The notes: generated by a model not told the origin, from the sequence alone. A stretch of 64,000 nt of DNA from an uncultured Candidatus Binatia bacterium (GCA_965220955.1 CBDCRK010000037.1:58928-122927), one strand, 5' to 3'; shown: positions 30,730-40,445, counted from the first letter of the stretch. Numbers and translations: made by a program.

Positions 30730-31626
30730 TCAAAGCCGATAGGGAGGAATCGCCTGCTCGTTACCCAGCCGGTCGACCCTTACCGAACCAAAGCGCAGGC
30801 ATCTCACTTCGGCAAGAGACAACAACGGCGAAAGAAATTCAATGGCTCCCTTGCCCATATTGAGATCGGTGAGAAGGCCTAACCCCAGGCAAAAATTCTC
30901 TCCGTCATTAAGCCCAAGGAGGAGTCCTGCTAAGGCCTCAGCCTTAGTCTGAGGAACTCTGCCCCACACAGCAACATCCTTCAGCAAAAGACGGCAGGGC
31001 TTAAGGTTGTTAAAATACGCGGTATATTTTTTGCGCCGGTTATGCCGCCGTTCCTCTGACGAGCGCAGGCGCGTTTGACTAGAAACGGGTAAGCGGTGGA
31101 TCTTCATACCACTGTGGGTCCGGCAGGGACCAAGGATGGGCTCAAGTTCTTGATCATGGGCTAGGGCTAGGATGTGCGTGGGAGAGAGAAGGTCGATCTT
31201 TTGCAGTTTGAACTCCACAGCTAGAGGGCCTTCTACCAAACCCGTGGTGTCAATCAGAATAGCCTTGACCCCTAAGCCAAGGGCTCGTTGCAAGAGTCGT
31301 TTACAACCCACCACCGTCTGCAGCAAGTGCCCCACTGGCGAAGTAGAACCAACAAAGCAACTGGCAACTTTCTCTGGCACAACTTTCTCAGCATTGGCGC
31401 CGGGCTGAAGAAGTACCAGGTTAAGCGTAGTGGGCAGGCCGTAGGTAGATTGACCCATGTCCCCGTCGAGAACGGCTACCGGATTGCTCGCAGCAAGAAA
31501 AAGTTTGGTCAGCCCCTGAAGGAGCATGGTCTTACCCACGTCAGTCTTTCCCAAAACGAAGAAGGTTCCCCCCTCATGGATGATCTCTGGCAAAAGCGAA
31601 CGAAAGGCTTCTTCCTGCTGACCCAT
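30730..31626 (-). CDS. Clp1/Grc3-like P-loop polynucleotide kinase family protein
   Basis: GGTFFVLGKTDVGKTMLLQGL...VAVLDGDMGQS matches the Clp1 P-loop domain (GPxDSGKST...DLDVGQ). Confidence 0.5.
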   Translation of the reverse strand: MGQQEEAFRSLLPEIIHEGGTFFVLGKTDVGKTMLLQGLTKLFLAASNPVAVLDGDMGQSTYGLPTTLNLVLLQPGANAEKVVPEKVASCFVGSTSPVGHLLQTVVGCKRLLQRALGLGVKAILIDTTGLVEGPLAVEFKLQKIDLLSPTHILALAHDQELEPILGPCRTHSGMKIHRLPVSSQTRLRSSEERRHNRRKKYTAYFNNLKPCRLLLKDVAVWGRVPQTKAEALAGLLLGLNDGENFCLGLGLLTDLNMGKGAIEFLSPLLSLAEVRCLRFGSVRVDRLGNEQAIPPYRL

Positions 31627-31663
31627 ATCGGAGTGAGTAACTGAACTAAAGCGCCTCCTCGCT

Positions 31664-32140
31664 CTATGTCACGTCCTCTTCCTTAAGGGACCGACGGCGA
31701 GCTGATAACAAAGAGGAGAACGCCTCCTTGAGCTTGTCATTGTCCAGCGGAGGAAGGGTTAATTCTACAAAGGGTTCTTGGCGGCGAACCAGACGAACTT
31801 CCCGTTCCTCCCCACGTTCGCGCCGGCTCCTCCCCAGGACAAAGAAAATATCCTTGATCACAGGCTCACCCACGCGCCTGTTAATCTTTTCTTTCACCAT
31901 CTCTTTGAGAAATTGTAGCTCCTGCATCCACATGGAGTCCGACACATGGACAAAAAGAAGCCCTTTCTGAATTTTGCTTGGCCACGCATGACGAGCAACC
32001 GTTTCCCCCACTGCCTCTCTCCACACTCCCCACACCTGATACTGCTGCAACTGCCTGCCCATCGGCAGCCGCTGCAGCAGTGTTGTAATCACCTCACCTG
32101 TTAGCGACCATGTTGGCCGTTGGTGTCTTTCTTTTGTCAT
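31664..32140 (-). CDS. DUF721 / DciA-like protein
   Basis: 158-aa ORF with the DUF721 pattern (LQQYQVWGVWREAVGETVARHAWPSKIQKGLLFVHVSDSMWMQELQFLKEMVKEKIN). Confidence 0.6.
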   Translation of the reverse strand: MTKERHQRPTWSLTGEVITTLLQRLPMGRQLQQYQVWGVWREAVGETVARHAWPSKIQKGLLFVHVSDSMWMQELQFLKEMVKEKINRRVGEPVIKDIFFVLGRSRRERGEEREVRLVRRQEPFVELTLPPLDNDKLKEAFSSLLSARRRSLKEEDVT

Positions 32141-32337
32141 TATCAGGCATCATAGAGAAAGTCCCATAAAAAAAGAAGAGCCACCTTTTTCTGAAGAGCC
32201 CTCTCTTTTCTCTGCACCACCGTCAACTAAACGCAGGGTACTAGTGAGGGGGTCTAGTCACAAACCGAAACTATGCAGAATAACTGAAGCTTTCTTTCTT
32301 CTTTATTTTCTCCTTTTTTTCGCTTAAAGCGAAGGTC

Positions 32338-32400
32338 TTGACAAATGAATAAAACACAACATATAGTGCTCCGTCATTTTGTCCACTACAAGATCATGTA
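32338..32400 (+). promoter_or_regulatory. nrdJ promoter with two NrdR-box-like palindromes
   Basis: -35 TTGACA (32338-43), -10 TATAGT (32362-67). Box 1 ACACAACATATAGTGC (32354-69) matches 14/16 of the NrdR consensus acaCwAtATaTwGtgt and overlaps the -10. A second imperfect palindrome TACAAGATCATGTA (32387-32400) is centred 32 bp downstream. Confidence 0.55.
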
Positions 32401-32500
32401 TCATTTAAGAGTCGAAGGAGGGGCCCTTAACTCGAATCTGCCAGCTTTTTCAGCTGGCCCCGCCAGATATTAGACCAGATATTAGAGAGGAGGGGAGAGT

Positions 32501-35464
32501 ATGGCTGAGAGGGTGAGGAAGCGGAATGGCGTGGTCAACAGTCATCGGGTGGAGAAGGAACTAAGCAAAGCCTTAGTCAGCGAATCTAGTGAACGGAGTG
32601 CCCAAAGCACGCAACTAAGCACAGCGTCCATGAGCGAGGCGGAGTCCAACGGATCCGGTCGAGGGCAGGGAAACCTCTTAGAGGTAGAAGGCCAAGGTGT
32701 GGCCATTCAACGCTACTTTACTCGCCCGGGAGAGCCTCCCTTTGACCTTGTCGAGTGGGAGAAGCGCAACGCCATTATTTCCGGAGAACACGGAGAGACC
32801 GTTTTTGAACAGCGCGAGGTTGAGATTCCCAGGCCGTGGTCCCAGCTTGCTACCAACGTTGTGGTATCCAAATACTTTCGCGGGCCGCTCGGTACTCCCC
32901 AGGGGGCAGACCCCCGCCGAGAGCACAGTGTCCGTCAGCTAATTGGCCGAGTGGTGAAGACCATTACTGCCTGGGGTCGGAAGGATAAGTATTTCACAAC
33001 AGAAGAGCAAGCCTCTACCTTTGCTGATGAACTCACCCATCTCCTACTCCAGCAAAAAGCCTCGTTTAACAGCCCGGTGTGGTTCAACGTTGGGGTCGAA
33101 CCTGAGGGAAAAGCCCAGTGTAGTGCATGCTTCATCCTCTCTGTTGAGGACACCATGGAATCGATCCTCGACTGGTATAAGAAAGAGGGCACTATCTTTA
33201 AGGGCGGCTCAGGCTCCGGCATTAATCTTTCCAAAATTCGCTCCTCAAAGGAGAGGCTCTCAGGTGGGGGCCTAGCCTCAGGACCTGTCTCTTTCATGCG
33301 TGCGGCTGATGCCTCAGCTGGGGTAATAAAGTCAGGCGGAAAAACCCGCAGGGCAGCTAAGATGGTTGTCCTTGACGCTGATCACCCTGACATTGTCGAA
33401 TTTATCCACTGCAAGTCCGAAGAAGAGAAAAAGGCCTGGGCCTTGATTGACGCAGGTTATGACGGTTCTCTCGATGGCCCGGCCTACAGCTCTATCTTTT
33501 TCCAGAATGCCAACAACTCGGTGCGGGTAACCGACGATTTCATGAAGGCAGTGATAGAGGATGAAGAGTGGCAGACCCGGTTGGTTATGACCGGAGAGGT
33601 CTGTGAGACCTATAAGGCCCGTGACCTCCTGCGCATGATTGCTGACGCTACCTGGCAGTGTGGGGATCCGGGGATGCAGTTTGACACCACAATGAACAAT
33701 TGGCACACCCGTCCAAACAGTGGACGGATAAACGCAACCAATCCTTGCGGAGAATTTAACTCGCTCGATAACACCGCCTGCAACTTGTCCTCCTTAAATC
33801 TCATGAAATTCCTCAAAGATGACAGCACTTTTGACATTGCCGCGTTTCGCCACGCGGCGGACGTGATGATTACCGCCCAGGACATTCTTGTTGACAACTC
33901 CAGCTATCCTACCCCGGAGATTACAACCAACGCCAAAGGGTTCCGCGAGCTGGGACTGGGGTATGCTAACCTTGGAGCGCTGCTTATGTACCTGGGACTA
34001 CCCTACGACTCTGAGGCTGGACGGCAGCATGCCGCAGCCATCACTGCATTAATGACCGGTGAGGCTTACCTACAATCCGCTCGCTTGGCTGAGCAGTTGG
34101 GACCTTTTTCCGGCTATGCAGTCAACCGCAAGCCCATGCTTAAAGTGATCGAAAAGCACCGCAGTCACGCTCATAAGCTAGACCCCGCCCTAGTGCCTTT
34201 GGATCTCCTTTCCGAGGCCAGAAAAGTCTGGGACGAGGCCCTGAACTTGGGAAAAGAAGTGGGGTTTCGTAATTCGCAGGTCACGGTTTTGGCTCCTACC
34301 GGCACTATTGCCTTTATGATGGATTGTGACACCACCGGTGTAGAACCAGATATTGCCCTGGTCAAATATAAACGCCTTGTTGGCGGTGGACTTCTAAAGA
34401 TAGTCAACAACACGGTTACCCCTGCCCTTAAGCGTTTGGGCTATGACAGTAAAGAAGTCCAGGAGATCGTTGAATACATCGACGAACACGAAACCATTGA
34501 AGGCGCGCCTGAGCTAAGAGATCAACACCTTCCAGTGTTTGATTGTGCGTTTAAGCCGACCAAGGGAGCCCGCTCTATCCACTATTTGGGCCATCTCAAG
34601 ATGGTAGCGGCGGTGCAGCCTTTCCTTAGCGGCGCGGTATCAAAGACAATTAATGTTCCCTCCCAAGTAACTGTCGAGGAAATTGCTGACGCTTATATCC
34701 AGGCTTGGAAGCTGGGGATTAAAGCAGTAGCCATCTACCGCGATGGGTGTAAACGGATACAACCGCTTAGCACCGGGGTAAAGAAGAGCCCGGAGGTGGG
34801 AGACCGCCCCCGAGAAGCTGTGGCAGTAGAAGCTCATCCAGTGCGCCGTCGTCTGCCTACTGACAGGCAGGCGCTCTGTCATAAGTTTGAGATCGCTGGG
34901 CACGAGGGTTATATCCATGTGGGTTTCTATGAGGATAGCGCGCCCGGTGAGATCTTCATCAAGATGGCCAAAGAAGGAAGCACTATTTCTGGCCTTATGG
35001 ATGCTGTCGGGCTTCTCACCTCAATGGCACTGCAGTATGGTGTGCCACTTGAGGTGCTGGTGGACAAGTTTAGCCATGTCCGTTTCGAGCCTTCGGGCTT
35101 TACTAAGAACCCGGATGTTCCCTATGCGAAATCGCTCATTGACTACCTTTTCCGTTTTCTAGGCACTCGTTTCCTATCGGCCGAGCAGAAGCAGCAGGTT
35201 GGTTTGATGGAAAGTGGCAACTGGCAAGAGGCCCCACAGAACGAAAATGACCAGCCTCATGGCCAAGCGACTATGACCATAGCTGAGCCTGGTTATACCT
35301 CGGCAGCTGCTACTGGTTTTAACCCTAAGCCAGCCCTTGTTAGCAGAACTCCTTGGCAGTCGCAGGCCGACGCGCCGAGCTGTCCTGACTGTGGCGCTAT
35401 TATGATCCGCAACGGCTCCTGTTATAGGTGCCTAAACTGTGGAGCCACCAGCGGGTGCTCATAA
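32501..35464 (+). CDS. nrdJ: Class II (adenosylcobalamin-dependent) ribonucleotide reductase
   Basis: 987-aa ORF with RNR active-site motifs (NPCGEF, SSLNL) and a C-terminal Cys-rich zinc ribbon tail; strong RBS AGAGGAGGGGAG. Confidence 0.9.
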   Translation: MAERVRKRNGVVNSHRVEKELSKALVSESSERSAQSTQLSTASMSEAESNGSGRGQGNLLEVEGQGVAIQRYFTRPGEPPFDLVEWEKRNAIISGEHGETVFEQREVEIPRPWSQLATNVVVSKYFRGPLGTPQGADPRREHSVRQLIGRVVKTITAWGRKDKYFTTEEQASTFADELTHLLLQQKASFNSPVWFNVGVEPEGKAQCSACFILSVEDTMESILDWYKKEGTIFKGGSGSGINLSKIRSSKERLSGGGLASGPVSFMRAADASAGVIKSGGKTRRAAKMVVLDADHPDIVEFIHCKSEEEKKAWALIDAGYDGSLDGPAYSSIFFQNANNSVRVTDDFMKAVIEDEEWQTRLVMTGEVCETYKARDLLRMIADATWQCGDPGMQFDTTMNNWHTRPNSGRINATNPCGEFNSLDNTACNLSSLNLMKFLKDDSTFDIAAFRHAADVMITAQDILVDNSSYPTPEITTNAKGFRELGLGYANLGALLMYLGLPYDSEAGRQHAAAITALMTGEAYLQSARLAEQLGPFSGYAVNRKPMLKVIEKHRSHAHKLDPALVPLDLLSEARKVWDEALNLGKEVGFRNSQVTVLAPTGTIAFMMDCDTTGVEPDIALVKYKRLVGGGLLKIVNNTVTPALKRLGYDSKEVQEIVEYIDEHETIEGAPELRDQHLPVFDCAFKPTKGARSIHYLGHLKMVAAVQPFLSGAVSKTINVPSQVTVEEIADAYIQAWKLGIKAVAIYRDGCKRIQPLSTGVKKSPEVGDRPREAVAVEAHPVRRRLPTDRQALCHKFEIAGHEGYIHVGFYEDSAPGEIFIKMAKEGSTISGLMDAVGLLTSMALQYGVPLEVLVDKFSHVRFEPSGFTKNPDVPYAKSLIDYLFRFLGTRFLSAEQKQQVGLMESGNWQEAPQNENDQPHGQATMTIAEPGYTSAAATGFNPKPALVSRTPWQSQADAPSCPDCGAIMIRNGSCYRCLNCGATSGCS

Positions 35465-36013
35465 GATGAGGCTCACAAGATGAGGAGGACTTTTTCTCTA
35501 TTCGGCTTTTTTCAAGCTGGGAGACCAAAGGAGGGAGAAGGGGGCGAGCGACGAAAGAACGGCCTTCCACAGTGGGGGGAGGAAGGGCTGAATAATCGGG
35601 CGGGGTGTCTACGGGCGCCCCGCGGGGTGGAGTAATTAGTTGCTTAATGTGATGGGCATACGAATCGGGTGTGTATGCGAGATGCCATAGATAACATGAG
35701 GCGCCGCAGATTTGGCCACCTTCACTTCCTTGGGTTTCACCTGAGGAGTAATGTGCAGGACAAAGCCATTGCGAGCTGTGAGAAAACGCTGGGGTTTCTG
35801 CGAAGATTGTTGCTGATCCATAGACTATGTTTCTGCCTCATAAAAAATTAGCGTCCGAGGCTGGTAGTCAAGCGCTTACCTCGTCTGGCTGACAGCTGGC
35901 TTCCGACCGCTGAGTCTTTACATAGCATAGTCTTCACTCACCTCCAACTGCTTGCAAGCTACACTACTCCAGTTTATGCTAGGGACAGCAAACAGAGCCG
36001 AAGGAGATTGACA

Positions 36014-36667
36014 ATGGGATTGTCAGATGAGCTGCGCCAGAAGCACGAGACACTGTGGGAAAAAATGGTCATGCATTCGTTTGTCCGAGAGCTGGGTGAG
36101 GGTACGCTGCCGGCAGAGAAATTTATCACCTACTTTGTTCAGGACTATACTTTCCTGGTTGACGCAACCAAGATGATGGCCCTGGCTATTTCCAAGGCGC
36201 CCGATGTAGAGGCCGCACAAAAAATTTCTGCTTTTCTCAATGCAGCGATTACCGGGGAGGAGAGTCTTTTTCGCCGGGGCTTTGAGGAGCTGGGCGTACC
36301 TCCTGGAAGATACACTGGAGCAGAGCTACTTCCTACGGCTCTGTCCTATGCCAATTTCCTTCTGCGCACTGGTCATGAGGGAAGCTTTAACCAGATCCTG
36401 ACAATTCTTATGGTTGTCGAATGGACCTATCTCGATTGGGCAAAGAGGCTGGTAGCACAGGGGAAAAAACCGGTAAGAAAAGTGTATCAGGAGTGGATTG
36501 ACATCCACGTTGCACCAGCCCTGGAAGAGTTTGTTGGCTGGGCAAAGGAGCGAATTGACAACAGTCCAGTGGGCGAGCGAGCGTCTATCGAACAGACATT
36601 TTTAGTTACGCTCCGCTACGAATACCTCTTTTGGGATATGGCGTACCAAGGAGAAAGCTGGCCCTGA
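36014..36667 (+). CDS. TenA/Thi-4 (thiaminase II / heme-oxygenase-like) family protein
   Basis: TenA-like helices (FVQDYTFLVDA, WTYLDWAKR); RBS AAGGAG 7 nt before the ATG at 36014. Confidence 0.7.
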   Translation: MGLSDELRQKHETLWEKMVMHSFVRELGEGTLPAEKFITYFVQDYTFLVDATKMMALAISKAPDVEAAQKISAFLNAAITGEESLFRRGFEELGVPPGRYTGAELLPTALSYANFLLRTGHEGSFNQILTILMVVEWTYLDWAKRLVAQGKKPVRKVYQEWIDIHVAPALEEFVGWAKERIDNSPVGERASIEQTFLVTLRYEYLFWDMAYQGESWP

Positions 36668-36767
36668 GAAAGTCACTGCTGCTCGGCTGAGCTTGCAACT
36701 CAGTCCAAGCCAAAGGTTCACCAGGTTTACAAGGAACCCTGCGGGAACCCCTTCGGAATGCTTTCTC

Positions 36768-37064
36768 TCAATGTCCGATTTCTTCCTCAGAGTTTTCCTC
36801 AATTGCTCCTTCAGCCTGATCGAGGAGGAAGCTCAGCTCACGTAGAGCCTCGTTCATGTGATAGGCTACAGCCAGCAGGGAGCCATAGGCAATCTCTTCC
36901 GTGTCGTGTAGCTTTAGGTGGTCATTGACCATAGAGAGAAGGCTACGCATTTGTTCTTCAGCGTCATAGAGGTGCTCACAAAGACCCATGGTTCCCTCCC
37001 GACCCTGACCTATAAGGCCAAGAAGCATTGATTTCACCATAAGGGAAAAGACTAACAAGGGCAA
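36768..37064 (-). CDS. Small hypothetical acidic protein
   Basis: 98-aa ORF (likely start at the internal ATG giving ~90 aa); no RBS or recognisable domain. Confidence 0.3.
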   Translation of the reverse strand: MPLLVFSLMVKSMLLGLIGQGREGTMGLCEHLYDAEEQMRSLLSMVNDHLKLHDTEEIAYGSLLAVAYHMNEALRELSFLLDQAEGAIEENSEEEIGH

Positions 37065-37154
37065 GGGTAGATCCCTATCCCTCTACTTTTACATAGCCAA
37101 TCGGTGCTTTAGAAAAATCCCACATTGGTACCTTTTGGCAAACGATCTTGCTGA

Positions 37155-37292
37155 GCACCCGGCCTGCCCGTCCCGGCCATTGGGGCGGTGCTCTGGCATG
37201 CCTCGATGGAGACGACGGCTGGCTATGCCAAAGTCGATTTGCCCTTGCTCCAGCAAGTGGCCCAACCCTGGCCGGAGGTGGCGCCATGTTGA
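37155..37292 (+). pseudogene. C-terminal tail fragment of a tyrosine recombinase
   Basis: Short frame ending ...LWHASMETTAGYAKVDLPLLQQ..., matching the extreme C-terminus (LGHAS..TT..Y..V) of phage-integrase-family proteins; nothing upstream. Confidence 0.45.
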
Positions 37293-38030
37293 TGACCGCA
37301 GTCGATACCTACTTAGCCGTACGGCGGGCGGCAGGCTTTCAACTCAACCATCTTGAGGCCTATTTGCGCAGCTTCGCCCGCTTTATGCACGCGGAGAACC
37401 CGCGGCATGAGATCCCCCCCGCAAACCCTCTTCTGTGGGCGGCGCCAGCAACCGACCCCCTATATCTTTAGCGAGGCGGAAATCCAGCGCATTGTGGCTC
37501 ACGCGCGGCAACTCAGTCCCTTGGATTCGCTGCGGCCCTCTACCTACAGCACCCTGTTTGGTCTGCTCGCTGCCACGGGGATGAGTTGCGCGGAAGCTCG
37601 GGCGCTCCAGCTCAGCAATATCACTCCGGCTAGAATCCTCATCCGGGAAAGCAAGTTCAAGAAAAGCCGACTGCTCCCGCTGCACGACACAACCTGGGTG
37701 GCCCTGGAGGGCTACCTCGACCGGCGGCGGCGAGTCGCCGGCCACGATCCGCACCTGTTTGTCTCCCGCCGCGGCGGCAAGCTCTCTCACACCATCGTGG
37801 CCGAAACCTTCCATGCGGTAGTGCAAGCAGCTGGCGTTCCGAGTGAGCCAGGCAAACCCTGCCCCCGGCTCATGGACCTCCGGCATATCCTCGCCGTCCG
37901 CGGGCTCGAGACGTGTCTCGATGGCCGCGATCAAGTCCTTCATGCACTTTCCGGAGTACCGCGTCCCGGCCCACCTGGAGCAGATTCGCTAGGCCCTGGC
38001 CATCCCCGCAAAAAAACCAGCAGCCCCTGA
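37286..38030 (+). pseudogene. Tyrosine recombinase / phage-integrase family gene disrupted by at least two frameshifts
   Basis: N-terminal SAM-like domain (MLMTAVDTYLAVRRAAGF..LEAYLRSFARF) in one frame and the catalytic domain (IRESKFKKSRLLPLHD..HLFVSRRGGKL..LRHILAV) in another; the C-terminal HxxR..Y region shifts again. Confidence 0.6.
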
Positions 38031-38090
38031 TCCCGCATCTCTCCCTCACAGAATGTTAAGCTTGGCATCAACGAGGAGGAATTTTATCGC

Positions 38091-38633
38091 TTGGCGGATG
38101 AAAACAGCGATGGAGAGTACCTTGACGGAAGGATTGTCATGCATTCGCCTGCCTCAAATCGGCACGAGGATACTTCCCGTTTTCTCCTCACCCTCCTGAG
38201 CGCCTACCTGGATGAAAAAAGAGCAGCGGTGGGGCGCGGCTCCCGTTATCCGAGGCGTCTCGATGCCAGCTGGTCCCCGGAGCCTGATATCCTGGTAGTC
38301 CGCAAGAGTCGCCGGCAGCTTATGACGTCCCGCCGTTTGGAAGGGCCCGCCGATATGGTCATCGAGATCGCTTTGGAGAGCGACCCCAGGCTGGACTACC
38401 GTGAAAAGCTCCCACGCTATCGCCAGGCAGAGATCGAGGAGATCTGGATCATCAATCCCTTCGAGAACGATATCCTGGCGGAGGTAAAAACAACGGCCGG
38501 CTACACCACGCAGGTCCTGTCCTCGGGACAGCTAAGGTCCAAGGTACTGCCCGGTTTCTGGATCGAGGTCTCCTGGTTCTGGCAGGAGGAGTTGCCGCCA
38601 ACGCTCAGGTGCCTACGAGAAATCATGCAATAA
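38091..38633 (+). CDS. Uma2 family (DUF820) putative endonuclease
   Basis: EYLDGRIVMHSPA...PDILVV...EIALESD...Y..A.IEEIWIINP pattern of Uma2/PD-(D/E)xK; the frame stays open ~20 codons upstream without an ATG, so the start is uncertain (TTG at 38091). Confidence 0.6.
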   Translation: MADENSDGEYLDGRIVMHSPASNRHEDTSRFLLTLLSAYLDEKRAAVGRGSRYPRRLDASWSPEPDILVVRKSRRQLMTSRRLEGPADMVIEIALESDPRLDYREKLPRYRQAEIEEIWIINPFENDILAEVKTTAGYTTQVLSSGQLRSKVLPGFWIEVSWFWQEELPPTLRCLREIMQ

Positions 38634-39514
38634 TTCCTTAGTAGAGAGGAATAATCCCTTTTGCCCATTCTCATCCCTGTCCATCTCTTTCTTATAGGGG
38701 TGCCTATAGTCTCGGAAAGATAGCAATTCGCTAAGCGCCTGGTGGCTGTATTCGGACTCTGAAATCACCAGCCCGGCCAGAAACGCACCCAAGGCCAAAG
38801 AGAGTCCAGCTTGCGCTGTTACCCAGGCAGTACCCAACCCCAGAAGCAAGATACTAACTAAGAAGAGCTCACGGCTGCGCGTACGTACGACCTGATACAA
38901 TACCGTGGGGACAAGGTAACGGGTGGCAACAAGCACCAGAACCAGGACCCCCCCGCTTTCCCTACGACTACAAGCACAGGTTCTGATCCTTGAGCTCCAG
39001 CACCGGCTAAAAACGGAACCAGCAACATCATCAGCACAACGCTAAGATCCTGAAGAATTAGGATGCCTAGTGCAGTACGCCCCTGGGGACTATCGAGAGT
39101 AGCTTGCGCTGCCAGGAGCCTTACCACAATGGCAGTGCTGCTCAGAGAGATAAGGAAACCAAGGAACACAGAGGGGCCCATCGGCTGGCCCAACACTTGG
39201 GCGAGCACAAATACCACTCCTACCGTACCCAACACCTGCAGCGTCCCGCCCAGAAGCACAGCTCGCCGGATGAGCATAAGCTCCCGGAGGGAGAATTCGA
39301 TGCCAATGGTAAACAGCAGCATAACAACGCCAATTTCGGCCAGGACTTCAACTTCCTGCACCGCGGCGATCAGCTGCAACCCATGCGGACCAACTAGAAC
39401 TCCGATAAAGAGAAACCCCACAATGGTCGGTAACCGCAGGTAATGGAAAACAAAGAGGACCCCTAGGGACAAGCCAAAGATAATAATCAAGTCTGTTAGA
39501 ATATGCACTTCCAC
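38613..39514 (-). pseudogene. CPA2 (KefB/KefC-type) cation:proton antiporter membrane domain, frameshifted and truncated
   Basis: ORFs 38858..39514 and 38613..38936 together cover the Na_H_Exchanger TM domain with a frame change near 38900-38940; no C-terminal KTN/RCK domain. Confidence 0.55.
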
Positions 39515-39925
39515 ATTGGGCTCCTATCAACAGAGGAAGGGAGACCGGTATACCCCGAGCAAAGTCATTTGGCAAATGTCAGGGGTCGAGCAGCCCCGCG
39601 GCCGGAGCTAGCAGGAAATTGGATCTCTCGTCAATAGCCTCACTGGACGCTCTTGCTATCGAGTGCGGTCGCGGGCCGAGAGAGTTCTGAGTAGCAACTA
39701 TAGGCCAAAAGAGAGGCCAGTAGAACTCTACAGGTTCACTGATGGTAAGTAGGGGAAAGGGCTATTGTAAGCCAACCAAAGAAGAAAGACCGACAAGAAG
39801 GACCGCTGGACAAGCAAAAAAATTAGAGTTCTTCTGACTTGAACTCATAAGCCACCTCACTTTCTGTTCTTAGTATTGTATTTTCATCAAGAAGAGAAGG
39901 GGGTTGTGTAAGTTCGTATATAATT

Positions 39926-39960
39926 CCCAAAAAAATAGGGGCGCAAAACCTTGCACCCCT
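39926..39960 (-). terminator. Rho-independent terminator of the hsp20 gene
   Basis: On the minus strand, a 10-bp GC-rich stem (AGGGGUGCAA/UUGCGCCCCU) with a GGUU loop followed by a U7 run. Confidence 0.65.
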
Positions 39961-39980
39961 ACCCTTAGCCCAACGGCTGC

Positions 39981-40445
39981 TTATTTAGCCTCAATAGGAA
40001 TCTGTCTGGTTGTCTTAGCTTTGGGGGCAGGCAGAGAGATATCCAAGACTCCGTCGTGATAGCGAGCGCTGACACCATCGGCGTCCGTTCCCTCAGGCAG
40101 AGGTAGACTGCGCTCAAAACGCCCATAGCGCACCTCACGGTAGGCATAATGGCTCCCGTTCCCAGTGTGCTGATGATCAACTTTGCGCTCGCCCTTAATA
40201 GTGAGCTGATCATTAGCCACCGAGACCTCCACATCCTTGGGATTCACTCCCGGCAGATCGGCCTTTATAATCAGCTTATCTCCCTCCAGATAGCTCTCTA
40301 CCGAAGGATACCCATCGCCAGAGCGGAACCACACAGGAAGATCTCGCTCCCAATTTCCAAAGAAATGGCCAAAGAGATTATCCATTTCCCGGTGAAAGGG
40401 AGAAAATTCCTTAAAAGGTTTCCACAGCACTAATTCACTCCTCAT
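39981..40445 (-). CDS. Hsp20 / alpha-crystallin family small heat-shock protein
   Basis: Alpha-crystallin domain (DLPGVNPKDVEVSV...GVLDISLPAPK); RBS AGGAGGTGA; TTGACA-16-TAATTT sigma70-like promoter upstream. Confidence 0.85.
   Translation of the reverse strand: MRSELVLWKPFKEFSPFHREMDNLFGHFFGNWERDLPVWFRSGDGYPSVESYLEGDKLIIKADLPGVNPKDVEVSVANDQLTIKGERKVDHQHTGNGSHYAYREVRYGRFERSLPLPEGTDADGVSARYHDGVLDISLPAPKAKTTRQIPIEAK

Noticed and set aside
32150-32500. Possible cobalamin riboswitch upstream of the B12-dependent nrdJ
   Set aside because: No B12-box-like conserved core is seen. The leader instead carries a sigma70 promoter with NrdR-type palindromes, which fits nrdJ regulation better.
35636-35821. 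Minus-strand 61-aa ORF with faint Hsp20 C-terminus-like sequence (..RFLTARNGFVLHITPQVKPKEVKV..)
   Set aside because: The similarity is weak and short, there is no RBS, and the region also carries the ORF 35669..35851 antisense. It is probably non-coding 3' UTR/terminator space after nrdJ.
35830-36013. Possible TPP riboswitch upstream of the TenA-family gene
   Set aside because: No CUGAGA/ACCUGAUCUGGAUAAUGCCAGCG-type conserved TPP aptamer elements were found in the 180-nt leader.
37075-37287. ORF 37075..37287 (-), 70 aa
   Set aside because: It lies antisense to the recombinase tail fragment and the gap before the small acidic ORF. It is Pro/Ala/Arg-rich with no motif, so it is likely spurious.
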